A DNA stretch of 61,281 bases, counting the filler, from Candidatus Babelota bacterium (GTDB lineage: Bacteria; JAGOBX01): the NCBI GenBank assembly GCA_017999075.1. It is 8 parts of 8 records of this genome, joined end to end, with 100 filler letters (N's around TTAATTAATTAA, not from the genome) between each part and the next. Parts side by side here need not be neighbours in the genome. Positions count along the whole stretch, not along the records: positions 34,913 to 53,358 come from JAGOBX010000013.1; positions 53,459 to 57,326 come from JAGOBX010000398.1; positions 57,427 to 61,281 come from JAGOBX010000400.1; 5 more parts are not named here. One strand, given 5' to 3'. Below the pieces are notes generated by a model that was not told where the DNA came from, searched no databases, and was given only the letters and a program-made list of their open reading frames with translations. Shown piece after piece: positions 49,409 to 58,706 of the stretch (position 1 is the stretch's first letter; each line of letters opens with the position of its first letter). Both the position numbers and the translations under genes were made by a program.

Positions 49409-51955
49409 TCATCCCGGCAACAAATCATCAGAAAATTTATAATCAAAATAATTAAGTATCAACGATATAATATATGGATCGAATTTTTTTTCAACGTTAT
49501 TTTTTTGATTTTTCAAATCATCGGCAAAAATTTTACATAAATCCAGTATTCCCAGTCTTTCACGAGAAGGTTTATCGCTTAATATTGCATCTATAGCATT
49601 AGCTACAAACAAAATTCTGCTTTCAACAGGTATATCCTCAAATTTTGGAATATCATTATTCTGATTTAATTTTTTATGATTATAAACTCCATTATAATGT
49701 GCCTGATGCCACTTCACTATAGGAGCAATATCCGCAAGCTCGTCTATACTTGCAATCACAGCAGCTCCAAATGAAGTAGTTATTGCCGAATATTCTTCAC
49801 GTTCTTCATTTGACAGTAATTTTATACTTTTTGTGGGCTCATCATAAGATTTAATTTGATCGCTTAAACATTTATTTCCTAAATCGTGAAGCAATGAAGC
49901 TATAGCTATCTTTCGTTTAACATGATCAAGAATAATTTTTTGTTTATAATCACGTATCAACCCATTTTTATATTCAATATTGTTTTCAGAATCATTCAAT
50001 ATATCCTTTTTTTGATACAGCGCTTCAGTTAGAACCTGTTTTTTGGTTTTACCGGGAAAACTTACATTTTTGAACAAATTTAATTCTTCAATAAAATTTT
50101 CATAAAGTTCCGTATCTGATTTTAAAATTGACTTATTATTCTTCTCCCAAAGTTTTAATGAGCTTAAATCAAACAAAAAATTCAATTGTTCAGCAGGAGA
50201 TAACTTGTCAAATGGTTTAGAAAAAACGTCGGCAGAAATATCTTTTTCATTTTTTTCCGGATTTTCAATTTTCAAAGTTATTGAATCTATTCTTATTTTA
50301 AGTTTTTTTATTAATTTTTTATAATACAATATTCTTTTTTCTTCATAATTGATTTTGTCTTGAATATTGGAGTTAATTAGATTTATTATATGTAGCGCAT
50401 GTACAGCAACCCGTTTTGAATGATCATTTTTATATTTGTCTTTCATTTCTATTTTATAACTTGCATAATTAAATGGTAAAAATCCCTGTTTTACATTTTC
50501 AAGTTCTTTGATAATTTTTTCAACATATTTTCTATACTCAGAAAATTCATGCTCAGTAAGTCCTATAATATTTTCAAAAGTATTTATACTGTCAACCACA
50601 TATATATACTGGTTCTTCTCTTTCCCTTTAAATTTCGCTATATTTTTTGTGATGTTGACAAAACTTTCTGAAGAAATCAAATCATAAAAATTTTGACCTA
50701 TTATTATCGGATGTTCATCAGTAGCTGTAACAATTGCAAGCCTGCCTCCTTCGCTTGTTATCCGGCTTGCTACATTCACTATATCTCCTGTTACATCAAT
50801 TCTTCCATACATATCAAAATCTACAATAACTGAACCGTATTCAGAACCGCCTTTCATGTAAATTCTATCTTTATTGGCAGATCCGATTAATTTTTCACGT
50901 ATAAAAATCTTATTAAGCCAATCAAACTTTTTCTGGGCAAGATACATAAACCTTATAACATTTTCAGCAAGCAGATTATCTAAAAACCGCCTGATTTTAT
51001 AATTCATTCTTTTTTCAATTTTTTTGCTATTAACGTTTCTCCATTTTATAAAATTCTGTATCAGCGGAAACAGATTATCAAGATTAGACAGTTTCTGTTT
51101 TTCAGCAATAAAAATTTCAAATTGTTCAGATATAGAAAGATTCTCATCAATTTTTCTGCCTAAATATTGAGTTTTTGAACTTTCAGCAGATTCCAATCCG
51201 AAAACAGACATTATTTCATCTCCTACAGATTTTACATAAACCCCGCCAAACTTATTTATTAAATGAATATGATCTGTTTCCCAAAGCTGTATTATTCGTT
51301 TAATCGCCGAATTACCAAGAATTTCGCTTAATCCTGTATAATTAGTTATATCAAAATAAACTACAAAAACATTTTGTTCGCCTTTCAATAATTTTTGTTC
51401 TTCTTTAGTAAAAAAAGTGGCAAGTTCCTGCATTTTCAAACGGGTAACTGTTACCGATGCTTGTTTTGCAAGTATTTCAATCAAGTTTTCATCAGCCGTA
51501 TCAAACCCAGCATTATCCGGCAATTTATTTATGGCTTCAATAACTCCAAGTATCTTACCGTCTTTATTAAACAAAGGAGCGGCTAAAATAGTTTTTGTCC
51601 TGTAATTATTCCTTTTATCAAAATATGGATTAAACTGAATCCCTTTATAATATTTTGATATGTTATCATAAACATCTTTAATATTTATAATTTTTTTATA
51701 TAATGCGCAGTAACCTGCTATACTATTTGATGTCAGAGGAATTTTTATTTGTTTTATCTGGCCACCTGCTATAAACTCAGAAACAAGTTCATCACCAGAA
51801 TCGGTTATAAGATAAAGAGTGCACCTATCGCATAAAAGAAGTTCTGTCGTTCTATTTACTATAATACTTAAAACATCTCTTATATTCTGAATTTCAGAAA
51901 GCTCAATAGTTATGTCCAACATCATTTTATATTTTTGAGACATAAGTTCATCCAT
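49409..51955 (-). CDS. GAF - class III nucleotide cyclase - degenerate HD-GYP fusion
   Basis: GAF FD..NNYRTKTIL..NK; cyclase FDITNYT, KSVGDE, DVTGDIVNVASR; HD part DHSKRV, LHDLG, HQAHYNG, ANAIDA. Confidence 0.8.
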   Translation of the reverse strand: MDELMSQKYKMMLDITIELSEIQNIRDVLSIIVNRTTELLLCDRCTLYLITDSGDELVSEFIAGGQIKQIKIPLTSNSIAGYCALYKKIINIKDVYDNISKYYKGIQFNPYFDKRNNYRTKTILAAPLFNKDGKILGVIEAINKLPDNAGFDTADENLIEILAKQASVTVTRLKMQELATFFTKEEQKLLKGEQNVFVVYFDITNYTGLSEILGNSAIKRIIQLWETDHIHLINKFGGVYVKSVGDEIMSVFGLESAESSKTQYLGRKIDENLSISEQFEIFIAEKQKLSNLDNLFPLIQNFIKWRNVNSKKIEKRMNYKIRRFLDNLLAENVIRFMYLAQKKFDWLNKIFIREKLIGSANKDRIYMKGGSEYGSVIVDFDMYGRIDVTGDIVNVASRITSEGGRLAIVTATDEHPIIIGQNFYDLISSESFVNITKNIAKFKGKEKNQYIYVVDSINTFENIIGLTEHEFSEYRKYVEKIIKELENVKQGFLPFNYASYKIEMKDKYKNDHSKRVAVHALHIINLINSNIQDKINYEEKRILYYKKLIKKLKIRIDSITLKIENPEKNEKDISADVFSKPFDKLSPAEQLNFLFDLSSLKLWEKNNKSILKSDTELYENFIEELNLFKNVSFPGKTKKQVLTEALYQKKDILNDSENNIEYKNGLIRDYKQKIILDHVKRKIAIASLLHDLGNKCLSDQIKSYDEPTKSIKLLSNEEREEYSAITTSFGAAVIASIDELADIAPIVKWHQAHYNGVYNHKKLNQNNDIPKFEDIPVESRILFVANAIDAILSDKPSRERLGILDLCKIFADDLKNQKNNVEKKFDPYIISLILNYFDYKFSDDLLPG

Positions 51956-52223
51956 AATTTTTCTCCGTCAGCAAAGTTTTATATATCAACCACAAAATAT
52001 ATAACACATAGAAATATAGTGTACCGAATGTTTTAGCAGGCAACAAAAATATTTTATGCAAAAACGCATCTGTCTCATTATATTAAAGCACCTAAAAAAT
52101 GCATCTGTTTTTTCAGTTTAAATTTTTTTTGTTATAAAAATAAAATAAACCATATTATAAATTGAAAAATTTAAATTTATATTTATACTTTATTTTTAAT
52201 CTATAAAAATTAGAATTACAAAA

Positions 52224-53358
52224 ATGCCAGATAAAAAAATTTATTTAACTCTCATTTACATTTTTTTCAGTTTAACAAACCTTGTCGGAAATAGTTATGC
52301 AGATTCTTACATTGGCAACAAAACTATGTTTGAATTACCGAATGATATAAAAAAATTAATTGAAAACGGAGCAATATTGGTAACCGATAATTATGATAAT
52401 ATTCTATTAAAGCATAATGAAAACAAACAGTTCATTCCTGCATCAACCATAAAAATAATAACATCCTATTTCGCTTTAATTAAACTCGGAGAAAATTTCA
52501 GATTTTATACAGATATATTTTATGATGAATCAAATAGAGATATTTATATAAAAGGTTATGGTGATCCTTTTTTAGTTTCAGAAGAAATTAAAAAAATTGC
52601 TAATGAAATAAAAAAATACGTAAAATCAATAAGAAATATTTATCTGGATGATAGCGCCTTTAACGATGATTTATTCATTCCAGGAAAAGGAAAAACTTTA
52701 AATCCGTATGATACCTGTAACGGAGCCTTGTGCGCTAATTTTAATACTGTAGCGGCTAAATTTAATAAAAAAAAAAAGAAATTCGAGTCTACCGAACCAC
52801 AAACTCCAATAACTAAATTAACTTCTAATTATTTAAAAAAAATAAAATTCAAAGGAAATGGCAGAGTCAATTTACACGGAAACCAGGATTTACCAGAATT
52901 ATATTTTGGCGAATTAATAAATTTTTTTTTGACAGATGCCGGAATTAATGTTTCAGGAAAAATATTGAAAAAACAGGTTTTCAATAAAAAAATATTATTC
53001 AGATATTTCAATTCTAATACTCTTATAGAACTCATAGGCAAACTTCTCGAATCATCTAATAATTTTATGATTAACCAGATTTTTTTATATATCGGCACGC
53101 GTGACAATGGTTATCCCGCAACTCTTGATAAAAGCATAGCGGCTTTTAATAAATTTATTCAAAATATTATAAATGTTCCGGAAATGCAAATTACCGAAGC
53201 TTCAGGATTATCACGCGAAAATAAAATCAGTTGCATAGAAATGAATTTAATATTAAATTTATTCAAAAAATTCAAGCATATATTGATAAGGCGAAATGAA
53301 GGAAATTTTAAAACTGGAACATTATCCGGAGCTTATTCAATTGCAGGATACCATGATT
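52224..53358 (+). CDS. dacB: D-Ala-D-Ala carboxypeptidase PBP4 (S13), 3'-truncated
   Basis: PASTIK (SxxK), GYGDP, SNN (SxN), ASGLSR, KTGTL. Confidence 0.93.
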
Positions 53359-53459
53359 NNNNNNNNNNNNNNNNNNNNNNNNNNNNNNNNNNNNNNNNNN
53401 NNTTAATTAATTAANNNNNNNNNNNNNNNNNNNNNNNNNNNNNNNNNNNNNNNNNNNNA

Positions 53460-53708
53460 GTTATGATAGATATAGTAGAAAATTCCCATTTTGAATGCGC
53501 TCAAAAATTAAAGGAAGTTGTAGCTACTTACCGTTCTGCAGAAGACTTAATCAACATAGGAGCATATGTTAAAGGAACTAATCCTAAGATAGATTATGCT
53601 ATTCAGATGATAGATAAGATAAATGCATTTTTAAAACAGGGGATAAAAGAAAAACGGGAATTTAAACAAACACTGGCGATGTTGAATGCTATGTTTAAAA
53701 AAATGTAA
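53460..53708 (+). CDS. fliI: C-terminus of flagellar/T3SS export ATPase
   Basis: EDLINIGAYVKGTNPKIDYAI...FLKQ. Confidence 0.85.
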   Translation, partial: VMIDIVENSHFECAQKLKEVVATYRSAEDLINIGAYVKGTNPKIDYAIQMIDKINAFLKQGIKEKREFKQTLAMLNAMFKKM

Positions 53709-53731
53709 ATATTTTTTAGGAAAGGTGTTAA

Positions 53732-54823
53732 ATGATTTCTGCTGCTATATTTCCGGGAAGATATATTCAAGGAATAGATTCATTGAAATTCCTTGGGAAG
53801 GAGATTAAAAGGCTTGGAGAAAACGCTTTACTTATATCCAGTCCTTCTGCTGCCAAGAACATAATTCCCAAGATTACTGATTCTATTAGTGCTGAAATAA
53901 AATTTAAAGTTGAAATTTTTAATAAGGAAGCAACTGACGAAGAAATTAGCAGATTAACTGACTCTGCAAAAAAAAACAGGTGTGATATTATTGCAGGAAT
54001 AGGCGGAGGTAAAACCCTTGATACTGCAAAGGCAGTAGCAAACAATATTAAAGTTCCTGTTGTAATAGTTCCTACAATTGCTTCTACAGACGCTCCGTGC
54101 AGCGCAATATCTGTGGTATATACTGAAAAAGGAGTTTTTAAACGCGTTATAACACTTGACAGAAATCCTGATGTTGTATTGGTTGACAGCCGGATAATAT
54201 CAGAAGCTCCTGTGAGATTTTTAGTTTCAGGTATGGGAGATGCGCTTGCTACTTATTTTGAAGCTGAATCATGCAGACAAAAGGTTGCTTGTAATTTTAC
54301 AGGTTATAATAGTCTTATAACAGCATATTCAATAGCTGAACTTTGTTATGAAACATTATTAGAATATGGAATTTCTGCTAAAATTTCATGTATAAATAAA
54401 GTTGTTAATCCGGCGCTTGAACACATAATTGAAGCCAATACTTTATTAAGCGGCATAGGATTTGAAAGCTGCGGCATAGCTGCGGCGCATTCAATTCATA
54501 ATGGATTGACAGCTATTCCTGAAACACATAGTTTTTTTCATGGGGAAAAGGTTGCATTTGGATTAGTAACGTCATTGTTTTTGACTGATAAATCCTCGCA
54601 AATAATAAATGAAGTTTATAATTTTTGTGAAAACATAGGATTACCTACTACACTTGAGGAAATTGGATTGAAGAATGTTTCAGATAAAGATTTGATGAAA
54701 GTATCGGAAAAATCCTGCGCTGAAGGTGAATTGATAATAAATGAACCTATTAATATAAATCCTGAAGATATTTTTAATTCTATAAAATTAGCCGACGCTT
54801 TTGGTAAATCAAGAAAAAAATAA
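53732..54823 (+). CDS. gldA: Glycerol dehydrogenase
   Basis: GIGGGKTLD, PTIASTDAPCS, GMGDA, AAAHSIHNG, HGEKV. Confidence 0.93.
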   Translation: MISAAIFPGRYIQGIDSLKFLGKEIKRLGENALLISSPSAAKNIIPKITDSISAEIKFKVEIFNKEATDEEISRLTDSAKKNRCDIIAGIGGGKTLDTAKAVANNIKVPVVIVPTIASTDAPCSAISVVYTEKGVFKRVITLDRNPDVVLVDSRIISEAPVRFLVSGMGDALATYFEAESCRQKVACNFTGYNSLITAYSIAELCYETLLEYGISAKISCINKVVNPALEHIIEANTLLSGIGFESCGIAAAHSIHNGLTAIPETHSFFHGEKVAFGLVTSLFLTDKSSQIINEVYNFCENIGLPTTLEEIGLKNVSDKDLMKVSEKSCAEGELIINEPININPEDIFNSIKLADAFGKSRKK

Positions 54824-54949
54824 CTGTGTGCTGAAATTGTTTTTGAGATTTAGTTTATTTATTTCAGATTATTGAAACAGATCCATGAATACTGTAGAAA
54901 ACCTTAATATTGTATTTTTCATGTTTATTAAAAAGGAGATATTTAGTAA

Positions 54950-56188
54950 ATGAAAAATATCGCGCTAAATGCGAAATCTGCTTTTTTTGAAATTTCCAGA
55001 TTGAATGGAAATGAAAAAAATAATATTTTAAAAACTATAAAAAATGAATTGATTGAGAATAAAAATTTAATAATAAAAGAAAATATTAAAGATGTGGAAT
55101 CAGCTAAAAGAAAAGAAATAAGTTCAGCCATGATAGACAGGTTGTTATTAAATGATGATAGAATAAAAAAAATGTCTGATAGCATAGATGAAATTATATC
55201 TCTTGAAGATCCAGTAGGAGAGATAAGTAATATTAAAATAAGACCCAACGGATTAAAAATAGGACAAATGAGAGTTCCTATAGGAGTAATACTTATTATT
55301 TATGAAGCGAGACCTAATGTCACTATAGATTCGGCAGTATTATGCATAAAAGCAGGCAATGCAGTTATTTTAAAAGGCGGTTCTGAATCAATAAATACTA
55401 ATAGAGCTTTAGTGGAAATCATAAAAAAATCATTAGAAAAAAATGGCTTAAACAAAAATATTGTTTCATTTGCTGATACTACGGATAGAACAAAAATAAA
55501 TGAACTGTTAAAATTTAATGACTATATAGATTTGGTTATACCTCGTGGCGGTGAAGGATTGATTAGAGCTGTTGTTGAAAATTCTAGGATACCAGTTATA
55601 AAACACTACAAGGGAGTTTGCCATACTTATATAGATAATGAATATGACAAGGATATATATTTAAATATTATTTATAACGCAAAGGTTCAAAGACCTGGAG
55701 TTTGCAATGCAATGGAAACTCTGCTTATTCATCAAGATATTGCTGAATCAATTCTTCCTGGTATAAAAGAAATGTATGATAAATCCGGAGTAGAATTATA
55801 TGGCTGCGAAAATACATTGAAAATATTGAAAGATATTAATGCTGCAACAGAAGAAGACTGGTATGCGGAATATCTTGATTTGAAACTTGCAGTTAAAATC
55901 GTGGATAATATTGATTCTGCTGTTTCGCACATAAATAAGTACGGGTCACAGCATTCAGATGCGATTATCACTACTAATTATTATAAAACTGAAAAATTTT
56001 TACGTGAAGTTGATTCTGCGGCAGTATTTGTTAATACTTCCACAAGATTTAGCGATGGAGGAGAATTCGGACTTGGCGCTGAAATTGGAATAAGTACTGA
56101 TAAACTTCATGCTCGAGGGCCAATGGGAATTAAAGAACTGACTACATTAAAATTTGTTGTGTATGGTTCAGGTCAGATAAGAAAATAA
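54950..56188 (+). CDS. proA: Gamma-glutamyl phosphate reductase
   Basis: IYEARPNV, IPRGG, CNAMETLL, GAEIGIST..HARGP. Confidence 0.97.
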   Translation: MKNIALNAKSAFFEISRLNGNEKNNILKTIKNELIENKNLIIKENIKDVESAKRKEISSAMIDRLLLNDDRIKKMSDSIDEIISLEDPVGEISNIKIRPNGLKIGQMRVPIGVILIIYEARPNVTIDSAVLCIKAGNAVILKGGSESINTNRALVEIIKKSLEKNGLNKNIVSFADTTDRTKINELLKFNDYIDLVIPRGGEGLIRAVVENSRIPVIKHYKGVCHTYIDNEYDKDIYLNIIYNAKVQRPGVCNAMETLLIHQDIAESILPGIKEMYDKSGVELYGCENTLKILKDINAATEEDWYAEYLDLKLAVKIVDNIDSAVSHINKYGSQHSDAIITTNYYKTEKFLREVDSAAVFVNTSTRFSDGGEFGLGAEIGISTDKLHARGPMGIKELTTLKFVVYGSGQIRK

Positions 56189-56220
56189 TTATATTATAGA
56201 AAAAACAGATTTTAAAAATA

Positions 56221-56250
56221 TTGACATATAAGCTGTTATGGTATTATAAT
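56221..56250 (+). promoter_or_regulatory. sigma70 promoter
   Basis: TTGACA-18 bp-TATAAT. Confidence 0.55.
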
Positions 56251-56278
56251 AAAACAACTTTAAAATAAAAAAAATATT

Positions 56279-56677
56279 ATGCTGTTTGAAATAAACGTTA
56301 AAACAAATGTTAATACTGAACTTATAGATATAACTGAAAAAATTAATGAGGTAATAAGAAAATCAAAAATTAGTTCAGGAATATGTTTAGTATATACTCC
56401 GCACACCACAGCAGCTGTGACTATAAATGAAAATGCGGATCCGACAGTGCAGCGGGATATAATTTATGAAATGAATAAAATTGTTCCCTTCGATGACAAT
56501 TATAAACATGGTGAAGGAAATTCTGCAGCACATATAAAATCAAGTTTATTCGGAGCGAGCGAATATCTGATTATTGAATCAGGAAAACTATTGCTGGGAA
56601 CATGGCAGGGGATTTATTTTTGTGAGTTTGACGGTCCCAGATTAAGAAAAGTTCTTGTAAAAATTATAAATGGGTAA
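56279..56677 (+). CDS. yjbQ: YjbQ/UPF0047 protein
   Basis: HTTA..INEN, HGEGNSAAHIK, LGTWQ..EFDGPR. Confidence 0.93.
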   Translation: MLFEINVKTNVNTELIDITEKINEVIRKSKISSGICLVYTPHTTAAVTINENADPTVQRDIIYEMNKIVPFDDNYKHGEGNSAAHIKSSLFGASEYLIIESGKLLLGTWQGIYFCEFDGPRLRKVLVKIING

Positions 56678-56680
56678 AAG

Positions 56681-57160
56681 ATGGAAAAAATATATATAAA
56701 GTTTAAACCAAAAAGCGAATATGGTTTTACTTTAATAGAAATTTTAATAGTAGTGGCGATAATAGGAATACTTATTTCAATAGTATCTTTGAATCTGACT
56801 GGCAAAACAGGTCAGGCCCGTCAATTGGCTGCAAAGACTACCATTCAAAAATTTGATACTGCTTTGAAAATGTTCAATAATGATAATGGATTTTTTCCGA
56901 GTACTGAACAAGGTCTTCAGGCTTTGATTCAAAAACCTAATTCAGGAAAGATACCGATTAATTATCCTGCCGGCGGATATTTGGAAGCTAAAAAACTTCC
57001 GAAAGATCCATGGGGAAATAATTATATTTATATTTATCCCGGGATTCAAAATCAGCATTCTTTTGATATAATGTCATATGGAGCTGATGGGGAACCAGGC
57101 GGCGATGATGAAAATAAAGATATAGGTAACTGGGAGCCGGAAGATACAGAAAATAAATAA
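56681..57160 (+). CDS. gspG: Type II secretion major pseudopilin
   Basis: GFTLIE prepilin site, PSTEQGLQAL, DPWG, SYGADG. Confidence 0.95.
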   Translation: MEKIYIKFKPKSEYGFTLIEILIVVAIIGILISIVSLNLTGKTGQARQLAAKTTIQKFDTALKMFNNDNGFFPSTEQGLQALIQKPNSGKIPINYPAGGYLEAKKLPKDPWGNNYIYIYPGIQNQHSFDIMSYGADGEPGGDDENKDIGNWEPEDTENK

Positions 57161-57245
57161 TAGTATTATAATTACAGTATATTATTTTAAAAGTTATTTT
57201 TATTGAATGAGAACTTTTTTATTATGTAATTCAGGAGGATAAAAA

Positions 57246-57326
57246 TGAAAAAAAATATTTTTTTTATGTTATTGACATTTATGATGACGTCAATTTTGTT
57301 TTCGAGTTGTGGAAATAAGAAACTTA
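57246..57326 (+). CDS. Lipoprotein N-terminus, truncated
   Basis: AGGAGG RBS; MKKNIFF..LFSSCGNKK. Confidence 0.6.
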
Positions 57327-57426
57327 NNNNNNNNNNNNNNNNNNNNNNNNNNNNNNNNNNNNNNNNNNNNTTAATTAATTAANNNNNNNNNNNNNNNNNN
57401 NNNNNNNNNNNNNNNNNNNNNNNNNN

Positions 57427-58706
57427 TTTTTATTGTTGTTGAATTTGTGCAAAATTTTTTTTATATAATCAATTTTTATTTCTTCAAGAGTTTTGATATT
57501 ATTTTCGTCATTTTCACAGTCTTCATTATGTATTTTTTGTGATTGTTTGACATTCAGACTTACGGATTGAAGCTCTGAGTTTGAATTAGAAAAAAAAGAT
57601 GATTTTATTATATGCTGAAGTTCACGGAAATTTCCGGGCAATTCGTATAGAAATAATTTATTAAGAAAATCCGTTGAAAATTTTTTGTCTGCTCCTGTTT
57701 CCTTATTTAATTTTTCAAGAAGTTTTTCTGCTATATAAATAATATCTTTTCCTCTATCCCGTATAGGCGGTATATTGATTAAACCATCAGCAAGCCTGTA
57801 ATACAAATCCTGCCTGAATTTGCCTGATTTGATTTCTGACTTAAGATCCTTGTTTGTAGCTGTAATAAGTCTGAAATCAATGGATTCTGGTTTATCGCTT
57901 CCGATCGGATAAATTTTTTTTTCTTCTATTACGCGCAACAATTTTGTTTGACAATTTAAATCCAGATCTCCTATTTCATCCAGAAAAAGAGTTCCGCTAT
58001 CTGCGTTTTTTATATATCCGTTTGAATCTTTGGATGCGTCTGTAAACGACCCTTTTTTGTATCCGAATAAAGAACTTTCAAATAAATTATGAGGTATTGC
58101 ATTTATGTTTATTGCTATGAACGGTTTGTTTTTCCGTTTGCTGATTTTATGTATGGCTTGAGCAAATAATTCTTTTCCTGTTCCGCTTTCTCCGGTTATA
58201 AGTATGTTGCAGTCAGTAGAAGCTAAGTTAGAAGAATAAACCATAAGTTTTTTTATATCTATATCATTACTCATAAAATCTTTGAATTCGTCAGGAACAG
58301 AAATATCAACATTTGAAGTGAATAAATCAAGATTTTTTTTTATACGGGAATCTTCTTCGGCTTTAACCAGCAGAGATAAAATCAATTCATTATTAAGTGG
58401 TTTGGTTAAATAATCGTAAGCTCCTGCTTTCATGCAGTTTATTACAACTGAAATATCGCTTAATGCAGTTAATATTACAATCAGTGAATCTGCTCTGTTT
58501 TTCTTTGCATTCAGCAAAATTTCATATCCGTTTTTTCCCGGCATTGTAATATCAAGAAAAGTTATATCGTATTGATTGCTGAGCAGCAGTTTTTCGCCTT
58601 TTACCGGGTCAGACGAGATGGCAATATCATCATACCCTTTTAAACTTAAATAATATTTTAATGACTGGCATATTATTTCTTCATCGTCAATAATTAAAAT
58701 TTTCAT
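57427..58706 (-). CDS. NtrC-family sigma54 response regulator, 3'-truncated
   Basis: REC domain, GESGTGKE, GSFTDA (GAFTGA variant), FLDEIG, FRQDLYYRL, PGN.REL. Confidence 0.93.

Noticed and set aside
56681-57160. Orphan gspG as a novel pilus system
   Set aside because: Canonical GspG on a short contig; the rest of the T2SS is probably elsewhere, and exeA/exeB-like genes are present
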